From: Actinomycetota bacterium
GTDB taxonomy: Bacteria; Actinomycetota; Actinomycetes; S36-B12; GCA-2699445
Direction of reading: 5' to 3'
Length of the DNA: 64,000 bases
Assembly: GCA_029978705.1 (NCBI GenBank)
Contig: JAPOIY010000004.1
Location: 29,339-93,338 of the forward strand
Position numbers and translations under genes: made by a program. Positions 30,924 to 40,524 of the stretch are shown here, one piece after another (position 1 is the stretch's first letter; each line of letters opens with the position of its first letter). The notes beneath the pieces are model-generated. The model worked only from the letters and a program-made list of their open reading frames with translations. It had not been told where the DNA came from and did not search any database.

Positions 30924-31921
30924 CGGAGTAGCACCGCCCCGACCACGAGGGAGGAGACCACCGCGACGACGAAGGTGGCGGGGGCGAACCGGACCGCGAA
31001 CCGGCGGCCGAAGGTTCCCGTCTGCAGCGCGATGAGTTTCATGTCCACCATGGGACCGACCACCATGAACGCCAGGAGAGCGGTGGCCGAGAACTCGCTG
31101 AGGCTGGCCGCCACGAAGGCGTCGGCCTCGGAACAGATGCTGAGCAGGACGGCCAGCCCGGCCAGCGCCACGACCGAGAGCACCGGCTGGTCGGCGAGCG
31201 TCGTCAGCCACTCGCGGGGGACGAAGACGTTCAGGGCAGCGGCCGCCAGACCGCCGATGACCAGGAAACCCCCCGCATGCAGGAAGTCGTGGGTCGCCGA
31301 GTCCAGGAACACCCGGTGCCGGGAGACCCCGGCCGGGTGCTCCCGGCGCGGCACGCGCAACCACTCTCCCCGCCCAAACCGCAACCACAGCCACCCCATC
31401 AGCATCGCCACCAGCAGCGACGTGGCGAACCGCGCCACCGCCATCGTCGGGTTGTTCGGGAAGGCCACGAAGGTGGAGACGATCACCACGGGGTTGATGG
31501 CGGGCGACGACAGGAGAAACGCCAACGCAGCTGCGGGGGCGACACCGCGCGACATGAGGGACCCGGAGACGGGGACGGAGGCGCACTCGCACCCGGGCAC
31601 GATCGCTCCGGCGCACCCGGCGACGGGGACGGCGAGCGCCGGCCGACTCGGAAGGGCCCGCTGCCAGAAGGACGGCGGCACATAGGCGTTGATCACGGCC
31701 GACAGGACCACGCCCAGGACCAGGAAGGGCAGCGCCTGCATGACGACGGCCACGAAAATCGTGGTGGCCGCCTTCAGCGCCGGGGCGTCGAACCAGGTCT
31801 GCAGGAGAGGCTGCAGCACGACCAGCAGGACAGCCGCGCCCGCAAACAACTCCACGACCCCCGGGCGGTACCGCGAGGGCGGGGAGTCCGTCGGAGACCC
31901 GGTGCGCTGGAGCAGTGACAC
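30920..31921 (-). CDS. Permease (DUF318/YcgR-like)
   Basis: QALPFLVLG, PGCECASVP, SPAINP, SICSEADAF, GPMVD. Confidence 0.88.
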   Translation of the reverse strand: MSLLQRTGSPTDSPPSRYRPGVVELFAGAAVLLVVLQPLLQTWFDAPALKAATTIFVAVVMQALPFLVLGVVLSAVINAYVPPSFWQRALPSRPALAVPVAGCAGAIVPGCECASVPVSGSLMSRGVAPAAALAFLLSSPAINPVVIVSTFVAFPNNPTMAVARFATSLLVAMLMGWLWLRFGRGEWLRVPRREHPAGVSRHRVFLDSATHDFLHAGGFLVIGGLAAAALNVFVPREWLTTLADQPVLSVVALAGLAVLLSICSEADAFVAASLSEFSATALLAFMVVGPMVDMKLIALQTGTFGRRFAVRFAPATFVVAVVSSLVVGAVLLR

Positions 31922-31953
31922 CGGCTCATCGTAAGCAGCCCGGGCGCCACCTC

Positions 31954-31978
31954 CGGGACATCCCCACAGGGTGTCCCG
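31954..31978 (-). terminator. Short hairpin after isoprenyl transferase
   Basis: CGGGACATCC / GGGTGTCCCG inverted repeat next to the stop. Confidence 0.45.
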
Positions 31979-32740
31979 TCAACTCCCGAACCGGCGCTCC
32001 CGCTGGGCGTAGGCGCGCAGGGCCCGCAAGAAGTCCACTTCCCGGAAATCCGGCCACAACGCCTCACAGAAGTAGAACTCGGAATGTGCGCTCTGCCACA
32101 GGAGGAAGCCCGAAAGCCGCTGCTCCCCGGAGGTACGGATCACGAGGTCGGGGTCCGGCTGCCCCTTCGTGTACAGATGGTCGGCGATGTGTTCGGCGTC
32201 GAGGAATTGGGCCAGGTCGTCGAGGCTGGTGCCCTTCTCGTGGTGCTCCTGCAGCAGGGAGCGCACCGCGTCGACGAGTTCGCGGCGCCCGCCGTACCCG
32301 ACGGCCATGTTGACCAGGAGCCCCTCGTTGCCCGCGGTCTCCTCCGCCACGGACTTCAGGGACGCCGTGAAGTCGTCGGGGAGCAGGTCCAGGGCGCCCA
32401 CCGGCTGGATCCGCCACCGTCCCCGCTCCGCCAGGTCGTGGGCGGTCTCGTCGATGATGGCCAGCAGCGGGGACAACTCCTCGGGATCCCGCTGCAGATT
32501 GTCGGTCGACAGCAGCCACAGGGTGACGACCTCGACGCCCGCCTCCTCGCACCACCCCAGGAACTCCGCGATGCGGGCGGCCCCGGCCCGGTGGCCACTC
32601 TCGCTGGAAGATCCCTTGCCGGAGGCCCAGCGCCGGTTGCCGTCGAGGATGACCCCGACATGGCGCGGGGTCTGGCCGGGATCGAGGTGCCGGCGCACCC
32701 GGCCGGCGTAGGTCGTGTACAGCATGTCGCGCAGGCCCAT
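31979..32740 (-). CDS. cis-isoprenyl diphosphate synthase (Rv1086-like short-chain UppS)
   Basis: HVGVILDGNRRW, LSTDN, YGGR, IRTSGEQRLSGF, RERRFG. Confidence 0.92.
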   Translation of the reverse strand: MGLRDMLYTTYAGRVRRHLDPGQTPRHVGVILDGNRRWASGKGSSSESGHRAGAARIAEFLGWCEEAGVEVVTLWLLSTDNLQRDPEELSPLLAIIDETAHDLAERGRWRIQPVGALDLLPDDFTASLKSVAEETAGNEGLLVNMAVGYGGRRELVDAVRSLLQEHHEKGTSLDDLAQFLDAEHIADHLYTKGQPDPDLVIRTSGEQRLSGFLLWQSAHSEFYFCEALWPDFREVDFLRALRAYAQRERRFGS

Positions 32741-32807
32741 GCTGTCCCCTTTCCCGTACGTCGTGTCCGAGGCTAGCCCAGCGGACGGCGACCGGGCGCG
32801 CGGTGGC

Positions 32808-33182
32808 TCAGCGCCCGTCGACGCGCGAAGGCGCCGGCACGGCCGGCTCCGGTGGGATCATCGGTGCGACCCGCTTGGTGACGTAGCGCTCGGCCACGAA
32901 ACTCATGAACGGGATCGTGCCGGCCAGCAGGATCAGGACCGCGCGGCCGAGGTGCCACCGCAGCCGGAACACCAGGTCGAGCGTGACCGCGACGTAGATC
33001 AGGTACAGCCAGCCGTGGGCCTGCCAGCCGAGGGTGTACCACAGGGCCTGGCCGTGGAAGACGTACTTGAACGGCAATCCCACCACCGTCATGAAAGCCA
33101 GGACGACCCCTGTCACGAACGCCATCACGCGGAACCGGGTGAGCGCCCCGGAGAGGCCTTTGGGGGTGGGGTTCTCGGTCAT
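32808..33182 (-). CDS. DUF3817 membrane protein
   Basis: RFRVMAFVTG, HGWLYLIY, AGTIPFMSFVAE. Confidence 0.85.
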   Translation of the reverse strand: MTENPTPKGLSGALTRFRVMAFVTGVVLAFMTVVGLPFKYVFHGQALWYTLGWQAHGWLYLIYVAVTLDLVFRLRWHLGRAVLILLAGTIPFMSFVAERYVTKRVAPMIPPEPAVPAPSRVDGR

Positions 33183-33185
33183 CGC

Positions 33186-33926
33186 CTACAGGCTAACCCG
33201 GGACTCGCCACGCTCCTGACGCACATCGTCGCGGAAGAACCGCGCCCAGATGAAGACGACGACGCCCGCGAAGATCAGCCACTGCAGACTGTAGAAGGCG
33301 TTCTGCAGGGGGAAGGGCACGTCGGGGTCGGCCCCGACCACAGGGCGTACGGGCCCGAAACCGGGTGCGGCCGGCTCCCCCACGACCGTGACGTACCCGG
33401 GCGCAGGGGCATCCCCCCACTGCCCCGCCAGACCGCGGTCGGTGATGGTCAGCAGGGGGCCGGTCGCGGCGACGGGCGCGTCCGCGTAGAAGTTCTCGGG
33501 CGGTTGCAGGCGTCCGGTCACCTGGATCCGGTCCCCCGCCAACGCGGGCGCCTCCGCCGGTCGCGGCACCCATCCCTGCAGGACCGCCACGGCGCGCCCG
33601 TCGTCCAGTCGGACCTGATCCACGACCAGATACCCGGGCTGGCCGCCCTGGGACAGCCGCGAGCGGATCAGGGAGCGCTCGCCGACGACACCGGCCACGA
33701 CCACGCTGCGGCCGAGCCACTCGGTGGCCAGCGACTCGCGGTCCCCGGTCACGACGTCCTGGTACGCCACGGGGAGGGATTGGGCGGCCCGCGCGACCGC
33801 GAGTTCGCCTGAGGTGCGCTGGTACTGCCACGCCGAGGCCACGAGGCAGACCACGACCGCGAGGAGGGCGACGACCGTGCGCAGGATCCAGGCGGGAGTG
33901 GTGAGCACCCGCAGGGCCGGGGTCAT
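33186..33926 (-). CDS. SURF1 family protein
   Basis: TM-WQYQR, GYLVV, VLQGWVP, NAFYSLQWLIFA. Confidence 0.8.
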   Translation of the reverse strand: MTPALRVLTTPAWILRTVVALLAVVVCLVASAWQYQRTSGELAVARAAQSLPVAYQDVVTGDRESLATEWLGRSVVVAGVVGERSLIRSRLSQGGQPGYLVVDQVRLDDGRAVAVLQGWVPRPAEAPALAGDRIQVTGRLQPPENFYADAPVAATGPLLTITDRGLAGQWGDAPAPGYVTVVGEPAAPGFGPVRPVVGADPDVPFPLQNAFYSLQWLIFAGVVVFIWARFFRDDVRQERGESRVSL

Positions 33927-34186
33927 GAGTCCGGGTCCGACCCTTTCCGGGCGTCCTGCGGACCGGTCGATGTGAACGGCGCGTTGACAGGCCGGGGACT
34001 CTCCTCCTCAAAGTCGATCTTCTTGAGCTGTTTGTTCATCGACTTCCACAGCAGGAACACCGCGCCGCACAGGAACACGAAGATCACGAAGCCGGTGAGG
34101 CCCGGCCCCACGGTCTGGGGGTCCACGTAACGCACCGGCGGCGGTGAGGGAGTCTCCGCCAGCCAGTGGACGGTTCCTGAGACCAT
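33923..34186 (-). CDS. Small conserved actinobacterial membrane protein (Rv1083-like)
   Basis: VGPGLTGF-TM-LWKSMNKQLKKI; AAGGAG upstream. Confidence 0.7.
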   Translation of the reverse strand: MVSGTVHWLAETPSPPPVRYVDPQTVGPGLTGFVIFVFLCGAVFLLWKSMNKQLKKIDFEEESPRPVNAPFTSTGPQDARKGSDPDS

Positions 34187-34301
34187 GGCGATGTGCGCTC
34201 CTTTGCCGGACTCTCGCACACTAGTGTCGCAGGGGCGTGCCGCCCGGACCAATCACCCCGGGACCGGCCGACGTGAGCGCTCGCCGCGGAGGGAGGACGT
34301 C

Positions 34302-34754
34302 GTGTCGCAGACCGCCACCGAACCGACGTCCGACGAGATCCTGCGACTGCGCTACGGGCTGGACCGCAACCCCTGGCCGCGCCGACTGCTGGTGGGCGGC
34401 GTCGTGGCGGTCTACCTGGGGGCCGCTGTCTTCGCCGCCGTCGCCCTCACGCGCGGCGCCGGCATCGAAGGCAACGCCCTGGCGTGGCGCGCCAGCCCGG
34501 ACCGGGTCAGTGTGGACGTCCAGTTGCGCGGCACCAGCGACGGCCCCGTGGACTGCGTCGTGCGGGCCCAGGACACCGACAGCACCGACATCGGGTACCG
34601 GCAGCTGAGGTTCGACTCGTCGCCGAGCACGCAGCGGGTCGACCTGCCGACCCTGTTCCCGGCCGCCTCGGTCGCGGTCCTCGGCTGCGCCCGCGCGGGC
34701 GAACCGGTGTCCGCGCCACCCCCCGACTTCCCGCCCGGTGTCGCGATCCCCTGA
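34302..34754 (+). CDS. DUF4307 family protein
   Basis: GGAGG RBS, RYG, one TM, CVVRAQD; upstream of greA. Confidence 0.75.
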   Translation: MSQTATEPTSDEILRLRYGLDRNPWPRRLLVGGVVAVYLGAAVFAAVALTRGAGIEGNALAWRASPDRVSVDVQLRGTSDGPVDCVVRAQDTDSTDIGYRQLRFDSSPSTQRVDLPTLFPAASVAVLGCARAGEPVSAPPPDFPPGVAIP

Positions 34755-34814
34755 GGCGCTGCGCCGTGCGCGACGCCCCCGGTACCCTCGGGACGACGCG
34801 AAGCGGAGGCGATC

Positions 34815-35300
34815 ATGAGCGACATCACCTGGCTCACCCAGGAGGCGTACGACGCACTCCAGGCCGAACTGTCCGAGAGAGAGGGCCCCCGCCGCGCCGA
34901 GATCGTGAAACGCATCGAGTTGGCCCGCGAAGAGGGCGACCTCAAGGAGAACAGCGGGTACCACGCAGCCAAGGACGAGCAGGGTCACAACGAGGCACGG
35001 ATCAAGCAGTTGCAGCGGATGCTCGACAAGGCCCAGATCGGTACCCCGGAGTCCGCCCCCGACGAGGCCGCCCACGGCAAGGTGGTCACCGTGCGGTTCC
35101 TTTCCCTGGACATGGAGGAGACGTTCCTGCTGGCCTCCCGGGAGGAATCGGTGCACGCCTCGATCGAGGTCTACTCGCCGACGTCGCCGCTGGGCGGCGC
35201 CGTCAGCGGCCACAAGGTCGGGGACACCGTGACCTACACCCTCCCCAACGGGAATCCCATGGACGTGGAGATCCTGGCCGTGGCGGACTACACCCCGTGA
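34815..35300 (+). CDS. greA: Transcription elongation factor GreA
   Basis: WLTQEAYD, AREEGDLKEN.GYHAAK, YSPTSPLG. Confidence 0.95.
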   Translation: MSDITWLTQEAYDALQAELSEREGPRRAEIVKRIELAREEGDLKENSGYHAAKDEQGHNEARIKQLQRMLDKAQIGTPESAPDEAAHGKVVTVRFLSLDMEETFLLASREESVHASIEVYSPTSPLGGAVSGHKVGDTVTYTLPNGNPMDVEILAVADYTP

Positions 35301-35310
35301 TCGTGACCCG

Positions 35311-36279
35311 ATGACGGCGGCCATCGAGGCCCACGGCCTGGTCAAGATCTACGAGACTCGCAGCGGACCGGTGCGTGCGCTCGACGGGGTGGACCTGGTC
35401 GTCCCGCAGGGAACCATCCTGGGCCTCCTCGGGCCCAACGGTGCCGGCAAGACCACCGCGGTGCGCATCCTCACGACCCTGCTGGCTCCGGACGGCGGCA
35501 CGGCCACGGTCGCCGGCTTCGACATCGTCGCGCAGTCCGAGGAGGTGCGGCGCAACATCGGGCTGTCCGGCCAGTACGCGGCCGTAGACGAGTACCTGAC
35601 CGGCCGCGAGAACCTCACAATGATCGGAAAGCTGTATCACCTCGGCACCCGTCGGGCCCGCGAGCGGGCGGAGGCGCTGCTGGAGCAGTTCTCGTTGACC
35701 GAGGCGGCCGACCGTCCCGTCAAGGGCTACTCCGGCGGCATGCGCCGGCGCCTGGACCTCGCCGGCGCTCTGGTGGCCCAGCCCCCCGTTCTGTTCCTGG
35801 ACGAGCCGACCACCGGGCTCGACCCGCGCAGCCGCATCGAACTGTGGGATGTGATCGCGGGCCTGGTGCGCGACGGGACCACCTTGCTGCTCACCACGCA
35901 GTACCTGGAGGAAGCCGACCTGCTGGCCGACGAGATCGCCGTCGTCGACCACGGCCGGGTCATCGCCCGCGGGACGTCGGAGCAGCTCAAGGCCCAGGTG
36001 GGGGGCGAACGCGTCGAGGTGGTGCTCACCGCAGCGGAGGACGTCCCGGTGGCGGCGGCTGCCCTGCAGCCGGCCGGAGGGGAGGCGCCGGTGATCGACA
36101 CGGCCGCGCGTACCGTGACGCTCCCTGCCGCGGAAGGGGCACAGTCCCTGGTCGCCGCCGTGCGGCTGCTCGGGGAGCAGGACATCGCCGTCTCGGACGT
36201 CGCGTTGCGCCGGCCCACCCTCGACGACGTCTTCCTGACGCTGACGGGGACTCACGCACCGACTGAGGAGGCCGAGTGA
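35311..36279 (+). CDS. ABC exporter ATP-binding protein (DrrA-like)
   Basis: GPNGAGKT, YSGGMRRRLD, LDEPTTGLDP, LTTQYLEEAD. Confidence 0.92.
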   Translation: MTAAIEAHGLVKIYETRSGPVRALDGVDLVVPQGTILGLLGPNGAGKTTAVRILTTLLAPDGGTATVAGFDIVAQSEEVRRNIGLSGQYAAVDEYLTGRENLTMIGKLYHLGTRRARERAEALLEQFSLTEAADRPVKGYSGGMRRRLDLAGALVAQPPVLFLDEPTTGLDPRSRIELWDVIAGLVRDGTTLLLTTQYLEEADLLADEIAVVDHGRVIARGTSEQLKAQVGGERVEVVLTAAEDVPVAAAALQPAGGEAPVIDTAARTVTLPAAEGAQSLVAAVRLLGEQDIAVSDVALRRPTLDDVFLTLTGTHAPTEEAE

Positions 36280-37115
36280 CAGCCGTTGCCACCGTGCATT
36301 CCGCGCCCGACACCTCCCCGGTGGTGCGCGCCTTCTCTGACACCCTCACCATCTCCCGGCGCAACCTGACGCGGCTGCTGCGGGTCCCCGACTCGATCGT
36401 GTTCGGGATCATCCAGAACATCATGTTCGTGCTGCTGTTCACGTACGTGTTCGGGGGCGCGATCCAGGTGCCGGGGGGCTCCTACGTCGAGTTCCTGATG
36501 GGCGGCATCTTCGTCCAGACGGTCGCCTTCACCTGCGCCACCACCACGGTCGCGATGGCCGACGACCTGGGTCGGGGGGTCATCGACCGGTTCCGCTCGT
36601 TGCCGATGGCGCAGGGCGCCGTCCTGGCCGGGCGCACGGTCGCGGACCTCGTCTTCTCCGTCATCACCGTCACCGCGATGGCCCTCACGGGGCTGCTCGT
36701 GGGCTGGCGCACCCACACGCCGTGGTGGGAGGTGGTGGCCGGCTTCCTGCTGCTGTTCCTGTTCTCCTACGCCTTCCTGTGGATCGGCGCCGTGATCGGG
36801 ATGAGCGTGCGCAGCCCCGAGGTGGCCCAGACGGCGGGCCTGATCTGGCTGTTCCCGCTGACCTTCGTCAGCAACGTCTTCGTCCCGATCGAGAGCATGC
36901 CGGCGTGGCTGCAACCGATCGCCGCGTGGAACCCGATCTCGTCCGTGGCGCTCGCCGTGCGTGACCTCTTCGGGAACCTGCCACCCGCCTACGACCCGGG
37001 CGACTGGTTCCCGATGCAGCACCCCATCCTCACCTCGGTCGTGTGGTGCGTGGTGCTGCTCGCGGTGTTCATCCCCCTCGGGGTGTCCCGCTACCGCCGG
37101 GCCGCGTCGCGTTGA
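36276..37115 (+). CDS. ABC-2 exporter permease (DrrB-like)
   Basis: GVIDRFRSLPM, six TM, FVPIESMP, WNPIS. Confidence 0.9.
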   Translation: MTAVATVHSAPDTSPVVRAFSDTLTISRRNLTRLLRVPDSIVFGIIQNIMFVLLFTYVFGGAIQVPGGSYVEFLMGGIFVQTVAFTCATTTVAMADDLGRGVIDRFRSLPMAQGAVLAGRTVADLVFSVITVTAMALTGLLVGWRTHTPWWEVVAGFLLLFLFSYAFLWIGAVIGMSVRSPEVAQTAGLIWLFPLTFVSNVFVPIESMPAWLQPIAAWNPISSVALAVRDLFGNLPPAYDPGDWFPMQHPILTSVVWCVVLLAVFIPLGVSRYRRAASR

Positions 37116-37121
37116 CCGCGG

Positions 37122-38684
37122 CTATTTGCAGCTGGCGACCTTCTTCGCGAGGGTGCAGGTGGCGAAAGCCGTCCCGTCGAACTTCTTCTGCGTCATGGTC
37201 CACTCGTGGGCGTGGGCACCCGGCTGGGCGATGACGTAGCCGTACTGGATGGCGTTCCAGTAGTAGCTGGGGGGCTGGTAGCCAGCCGTCGCCCACGGGG
37301 CGTTGGCCGCGACTCCCGCAGCCGGCTGACCATCGCTGCCGAACAGCGGGCCCACCGTCGGCTTGGGGAAGGTGGCGGGGTCCAGGGAGTCGGGGATCGA
37401 GCCACCGTTGCCGACGACGAACTGCGCCGGCTGACCGGGGATCTGGACCACCTGGGCGGTGTGCACGTGGGAGGCGATCATCGCGTCGTAGTGGCTGATG
37501 AGGCCGTACGCCGCCGCGGTCTGATCGATGGCCGTCCACTGCGTCCACGTCGGGATCGCGGGCACGGACTCCGTCGTGGTGTCGACCCCGAACATCGGAC
37601 GGTGGGTCACCAGCCACGACTCGACACCAGCGGTGGGCGCGCTCTTGGTGTTCGCCCCCTCGTAGACCTTGCGCTGAGTGCCGGCGTAGGTCGTCACCTC
37701 GGCGTTACGTCCACCGGAACTGTCGACCATGATCGTGCGCAGGGTGCGGTTGGCACCGATCGGCATGTCGAACTTCCACGTCGGGATGACCGGCTCGGCC
37801 ACCGTGGAACCCCGGCCACCCGGGACCGGCCCGTACTTGGTTGCGGGCGCGCACGCCGAGGACGGGAGGGCGGAGGCGTCGAAGAACAGGAACCAACCGT
37901 TACCGCCGCGCGAACACAACTCGTGGTTGCCGCGCACCGGAAGGATCGGAGCCTTGGAGAACAGCGGCGACAAGGGGATGAAGACATCGGCCATCCAGCC
38001 GTAGTCCGAGTCCAGGAACTGCGCCTGGGGAACCGGCTCCGGAGTGCCGCCGCACTGATCGAGGATGGGCTGGTTGGCCGGGTCGGTGGGCAGCGTCGTC
38101 TTGGTCTTCCCGCAGATGGCTTCCCGGTAGTAGAAGTCACCGGTGTAGATGACGACGTCGGGCTTCTCCGTGGCGATCGCCTTGGCGTTCTTGGCCAGCG
38201 GCCACTGGGTCGGGCTCGCGCAGTCCTGGTGCAGGTCGTCGTCGACGCGGCACCCGGTGTCGCCGAACATGGCGATCTTGTTGAACTTCGCCGGCAGCAC
38301 CGCGGGGACGATCCGGCCCCGCACCTTGGCGCTGGTGGCGTTCACCGGCATGTTGGCCTCGCACGCCCGCAGGCTGGCGAACGCGGATGCGGTCGTGGCG
38401 CCGGGGACGCGTTTGGTCATGGCGAGGTGGACCACCGTGCCGCTCTTCTTGGTCACGTCGACCTTGGGGCACGTGACCCCGTTGGGGATGACGGCGCGGG
38501 TCTGCAGGTGCGACGGGGACACCGACTTGGGCACCACGAGCGTGTAGGCAGCCAGGACGCCGGTCACGGTGCTGGCCGAGACCGGATCGGTGGCACCGGG
38601 CTCGGCGGCGCCGGCCGGGGCCCCGACGAGGCCGGCGGTGATGGTGCCGGCGGCGAGGACGGTGAGTGCTGAACGTGTGCGCAT
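37122..38684 (-). CDS. Secreted calcineurin-like metallophosphoesterase
   Basis: Signal peptide; FGDTG, YTGDFYY, RGNHE, VTHRP, SHVH motifs. Confidence 0.8.
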   Translation of the reverse strand: MRTRSALTVLAAGTITAGLVGAPAGAAEPGATDPVSASTVTGVLAAYTLVVPKSVSPSHLQTRAVIPNGVTCPKVDVTKKSGTVVHLAMTKRVPGATTASAFASLRACEANMPVNATSAKVRGRIVPAVLPAKFNKIAMFGDTGCRVDDDLHQDCASPTQWPLAKNAKAIATEKPDVVIYTGDFYYREAICGKTKTTLPTDPANQPILDQCGGTPEPVPQAQFLDSDYGWMADVFIPLSPLFSKAPILPVRGNHELCSRGGNGWFLFFDASALPSSACAPATKYGPVPGGRGSTVAEPVIPTWKFDMPIGANRTLRTIMVDSSGGRNAEVTTYAGTQRKVYEGANTKSAPTAGVESWLVTHRPMFGVDTTTESVPAIPTWTQWTAIDQTAAAYGLISHYDAMIASHVHTAQVVQIPGQPAQFVVGNGGSIPDSLDPATFPKPTVGPLFGSDGQPAAGVAANAPWATAGYQPPSYYWNAIQYGYVIAQPGAHAHEWTMTQKKFDGTAFATCTLAKKVASCK

Positions 38685-38747
38685 GGGCGAAGCGTAGTTG
38701 GCATTCCCGTGCTGGCGGAAAAACAGACGATTCCTTGAGTCTTGGGC

Positions 38748-38984
38748 TCAGTCCAGGGCGGCGCGCAGCGCGGCCGGGTCGACCCGGAAGTGGGCGATCT
38801 CGGTTCCGTCGACGGTAATGACGGGGATCCGGGCGGCATACCGGTCCGCGAGGGCCGGGTCGTCCCAGATGTTCGTCTCCGTGAAGTCGAGGTCCCGTTC
38901 CGCGCACACGATCTCCACCACCTGCCGGGCCACGTCGCACAGGTGGCACCCCGGCTTGGTGAACAGCGTGATGCGGGCGGTCAC
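38748..38984 (-). CDS. Glutaredoxin-like protein (DUF836)
   Basis: TLFTKPGCHLC, RIPVITVDG. Confidence 0.88.
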   Translation of the reverse strand: MTARITLFTKPGCHLCDVARQVVEIVCAERDLDFTETNIWDDPALADRYAARIPVITVDGTEIAHFRVDPAALRAALD

Positions 38985-40483
38985 GCGTCGCGCAGCCGGG
39001 AGCGGGCGAGTTTGCCGGTGACCGCGTGCGGCAGTTCCGGGACCAGTTCCACGATCGTGGGGCACTTGTAGCGGGCCAGCCGAGCGCCGCACCACGTCAC
39101 GATGTCCTCGGCCTGCAGGTCGGCCCCGGCGACCGGCACCACGTAGGCCTTGACCGCTTCTCCCGAGTACGGATGGTCGACCCCGGTGACCGCGGACTCC
39201 TGCACCCCCTCGTGCGCGTTGATCACCTCTTCGACCTCGCGCGGGTACACGTTGAAGCCGCTGACGAGGATGAGGTCGGAGCGGCGGTCCACGAGGTGCA
39301 GGTCGCCGGTGTCGTCGAAGTACCCGAGATCCCCGGTCGCGAACCAGCCGGCCGCGTTGGGGGCCCCGTGGCCGTCCGGCCAGTACCCGCTGAAGACCGA
39401 CGGACCCCGGACCCAGATCTCGCCGGTCTCGTCCTCGTCCGCGGGAGCGTCGTCCTCCGGGGGGTCGCCCCCGGGGACGACACGGACCTCGAGGTTGGGC
39501 AGGGGAGCGCCCACCGAGGCCGCCCTCGGGCGGCCGGTCACCAAGGTGGAGGTCACCACCGGCGAGCACTCGGTGAGCCCGTAGCCCTCCCAGATGGGTT
39601 GGCCCGCAAGGGTCGCGATCTGGTCGAAGATGGCCGGCGGCAACGGCGCCGCTCCGCTGGTCAGCAGCCGCACTCCGGCCAACGCGCCCCGCAGGTCGGG
39701 CTCCGCGCTCCATGCCACGTACATGGGAGGCGCCCCCGCCACCACGGTCACCCCCCGCTCCCGGATGAGGTCGAGGCTCCCGGCCGCGGTGAACCGATCA
39801 CCGAGCACCACGGTGGCCCCGGCGGACAACGTCAGGCACAGCACCGCATTCAGGGAGTAGACGTGGAACAACGGCAGCACGGCGAGCGACCGGTCGTCCT
39901 CGGTGACGGCCGGGGGGTCGGCGAGGGAACGCAGAGCGTCGAGGTTGGCCAGCAGGGCGCGGTGGCTCAGCATCGCCGCCTTCGGCTTGCCGGTGCTGCC
40001 ACTGGTGAAGAGCAGCACAGCGACCGACTCGGGGTCGGTGTCGTCCGGCAACAGCGTGGCGTCGGACGCGGAGAGCAGGTGCCCCCACTGGTCGGCCCCC
40101 GCGGGCAGGAGCTCGCAGGCGCCGAGGTCGGTGCCCCGCACCGCCTCTGCCGAGCCGTCATCACAGATCAGGGCACGGGCACCGCACGTCCCCACGGCGT
40201 ACCCGATCTCCGCCGGAGCCGAGGAGGTGTTGAGCGGCACGGCGGTCGCCCCGGCCCGCAGGATTCCGAACAACGCCACGACGAAGGGAATGTGGTTGCC
40301 GAGCAGTACCGCGACCCGGTCACCGGGTGCCACCCCGCGCGCCACGAGTCCGGTGGCCAGTGCGGTGACCTGGGTGTCGAGGGCCGCATAGGTGAGTTCC
40401 TGGTCCCCGTCGATGACAGCCGGGTGGGCGGGGCGCCGCGCCGCCGAAGCGCTGACGATGTCCGCGAGGTTGCGAGCCGCCAC
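38981..40483 (-). CDS. Long-chain acyl-CoA synthetase / AMP-binding protein
   Basis: FTSGSTGKPK, EGYGLTE, TGDLG, SGFNVYP, TGK. Confidence 0.9.
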   Translation of the reverse strand: MAARNLADIVSASAARRPAHPAVIDGDQELTYAALDTQVTALATGLVARGVAPGDRVAVLLGNHIPFVVALFGILRAGATAVPLNTSSAPAEIGYAVGTCGARALICDDGSAEAVRGTDLGACELLPAGADQWGHLLSASDATLLPDDTDPESVAVLLFTSGSTGKPKAAMLSHRALLANLDALRSLADPPAVTEDDRSLAVLPLFHVYSLNAVLCLTLSAGATVVLGDRFTAAGSLDLIRERGVTVVAGAPPMYVAWSAEPDLRGALAGVRLLTSGAAPLPPAIFDQIATLAGQPIWEGYGLTECSPVVTSTLVTGRPRAASVGAPLPNLEVRVVPGGDPPEDDAPADEDETGEIWVRGPSVFSGYWPDGHGAPNAAGWFATGDLGYFDDTGDLHLVDRRSDLILVSGFNVYPREVEEVINAHEGVQESAVTGVDHPYSGEAVKAYVVPVAGADLQAEDIVTWCGARLARYKCPTIVELVPELPHAVTGKLARSRLRDA

Positions 40484-40524
40484 GAGGTGAGTGTGGCACA
40501 GGGCGGCGACGGTAGCCTGCAGGT

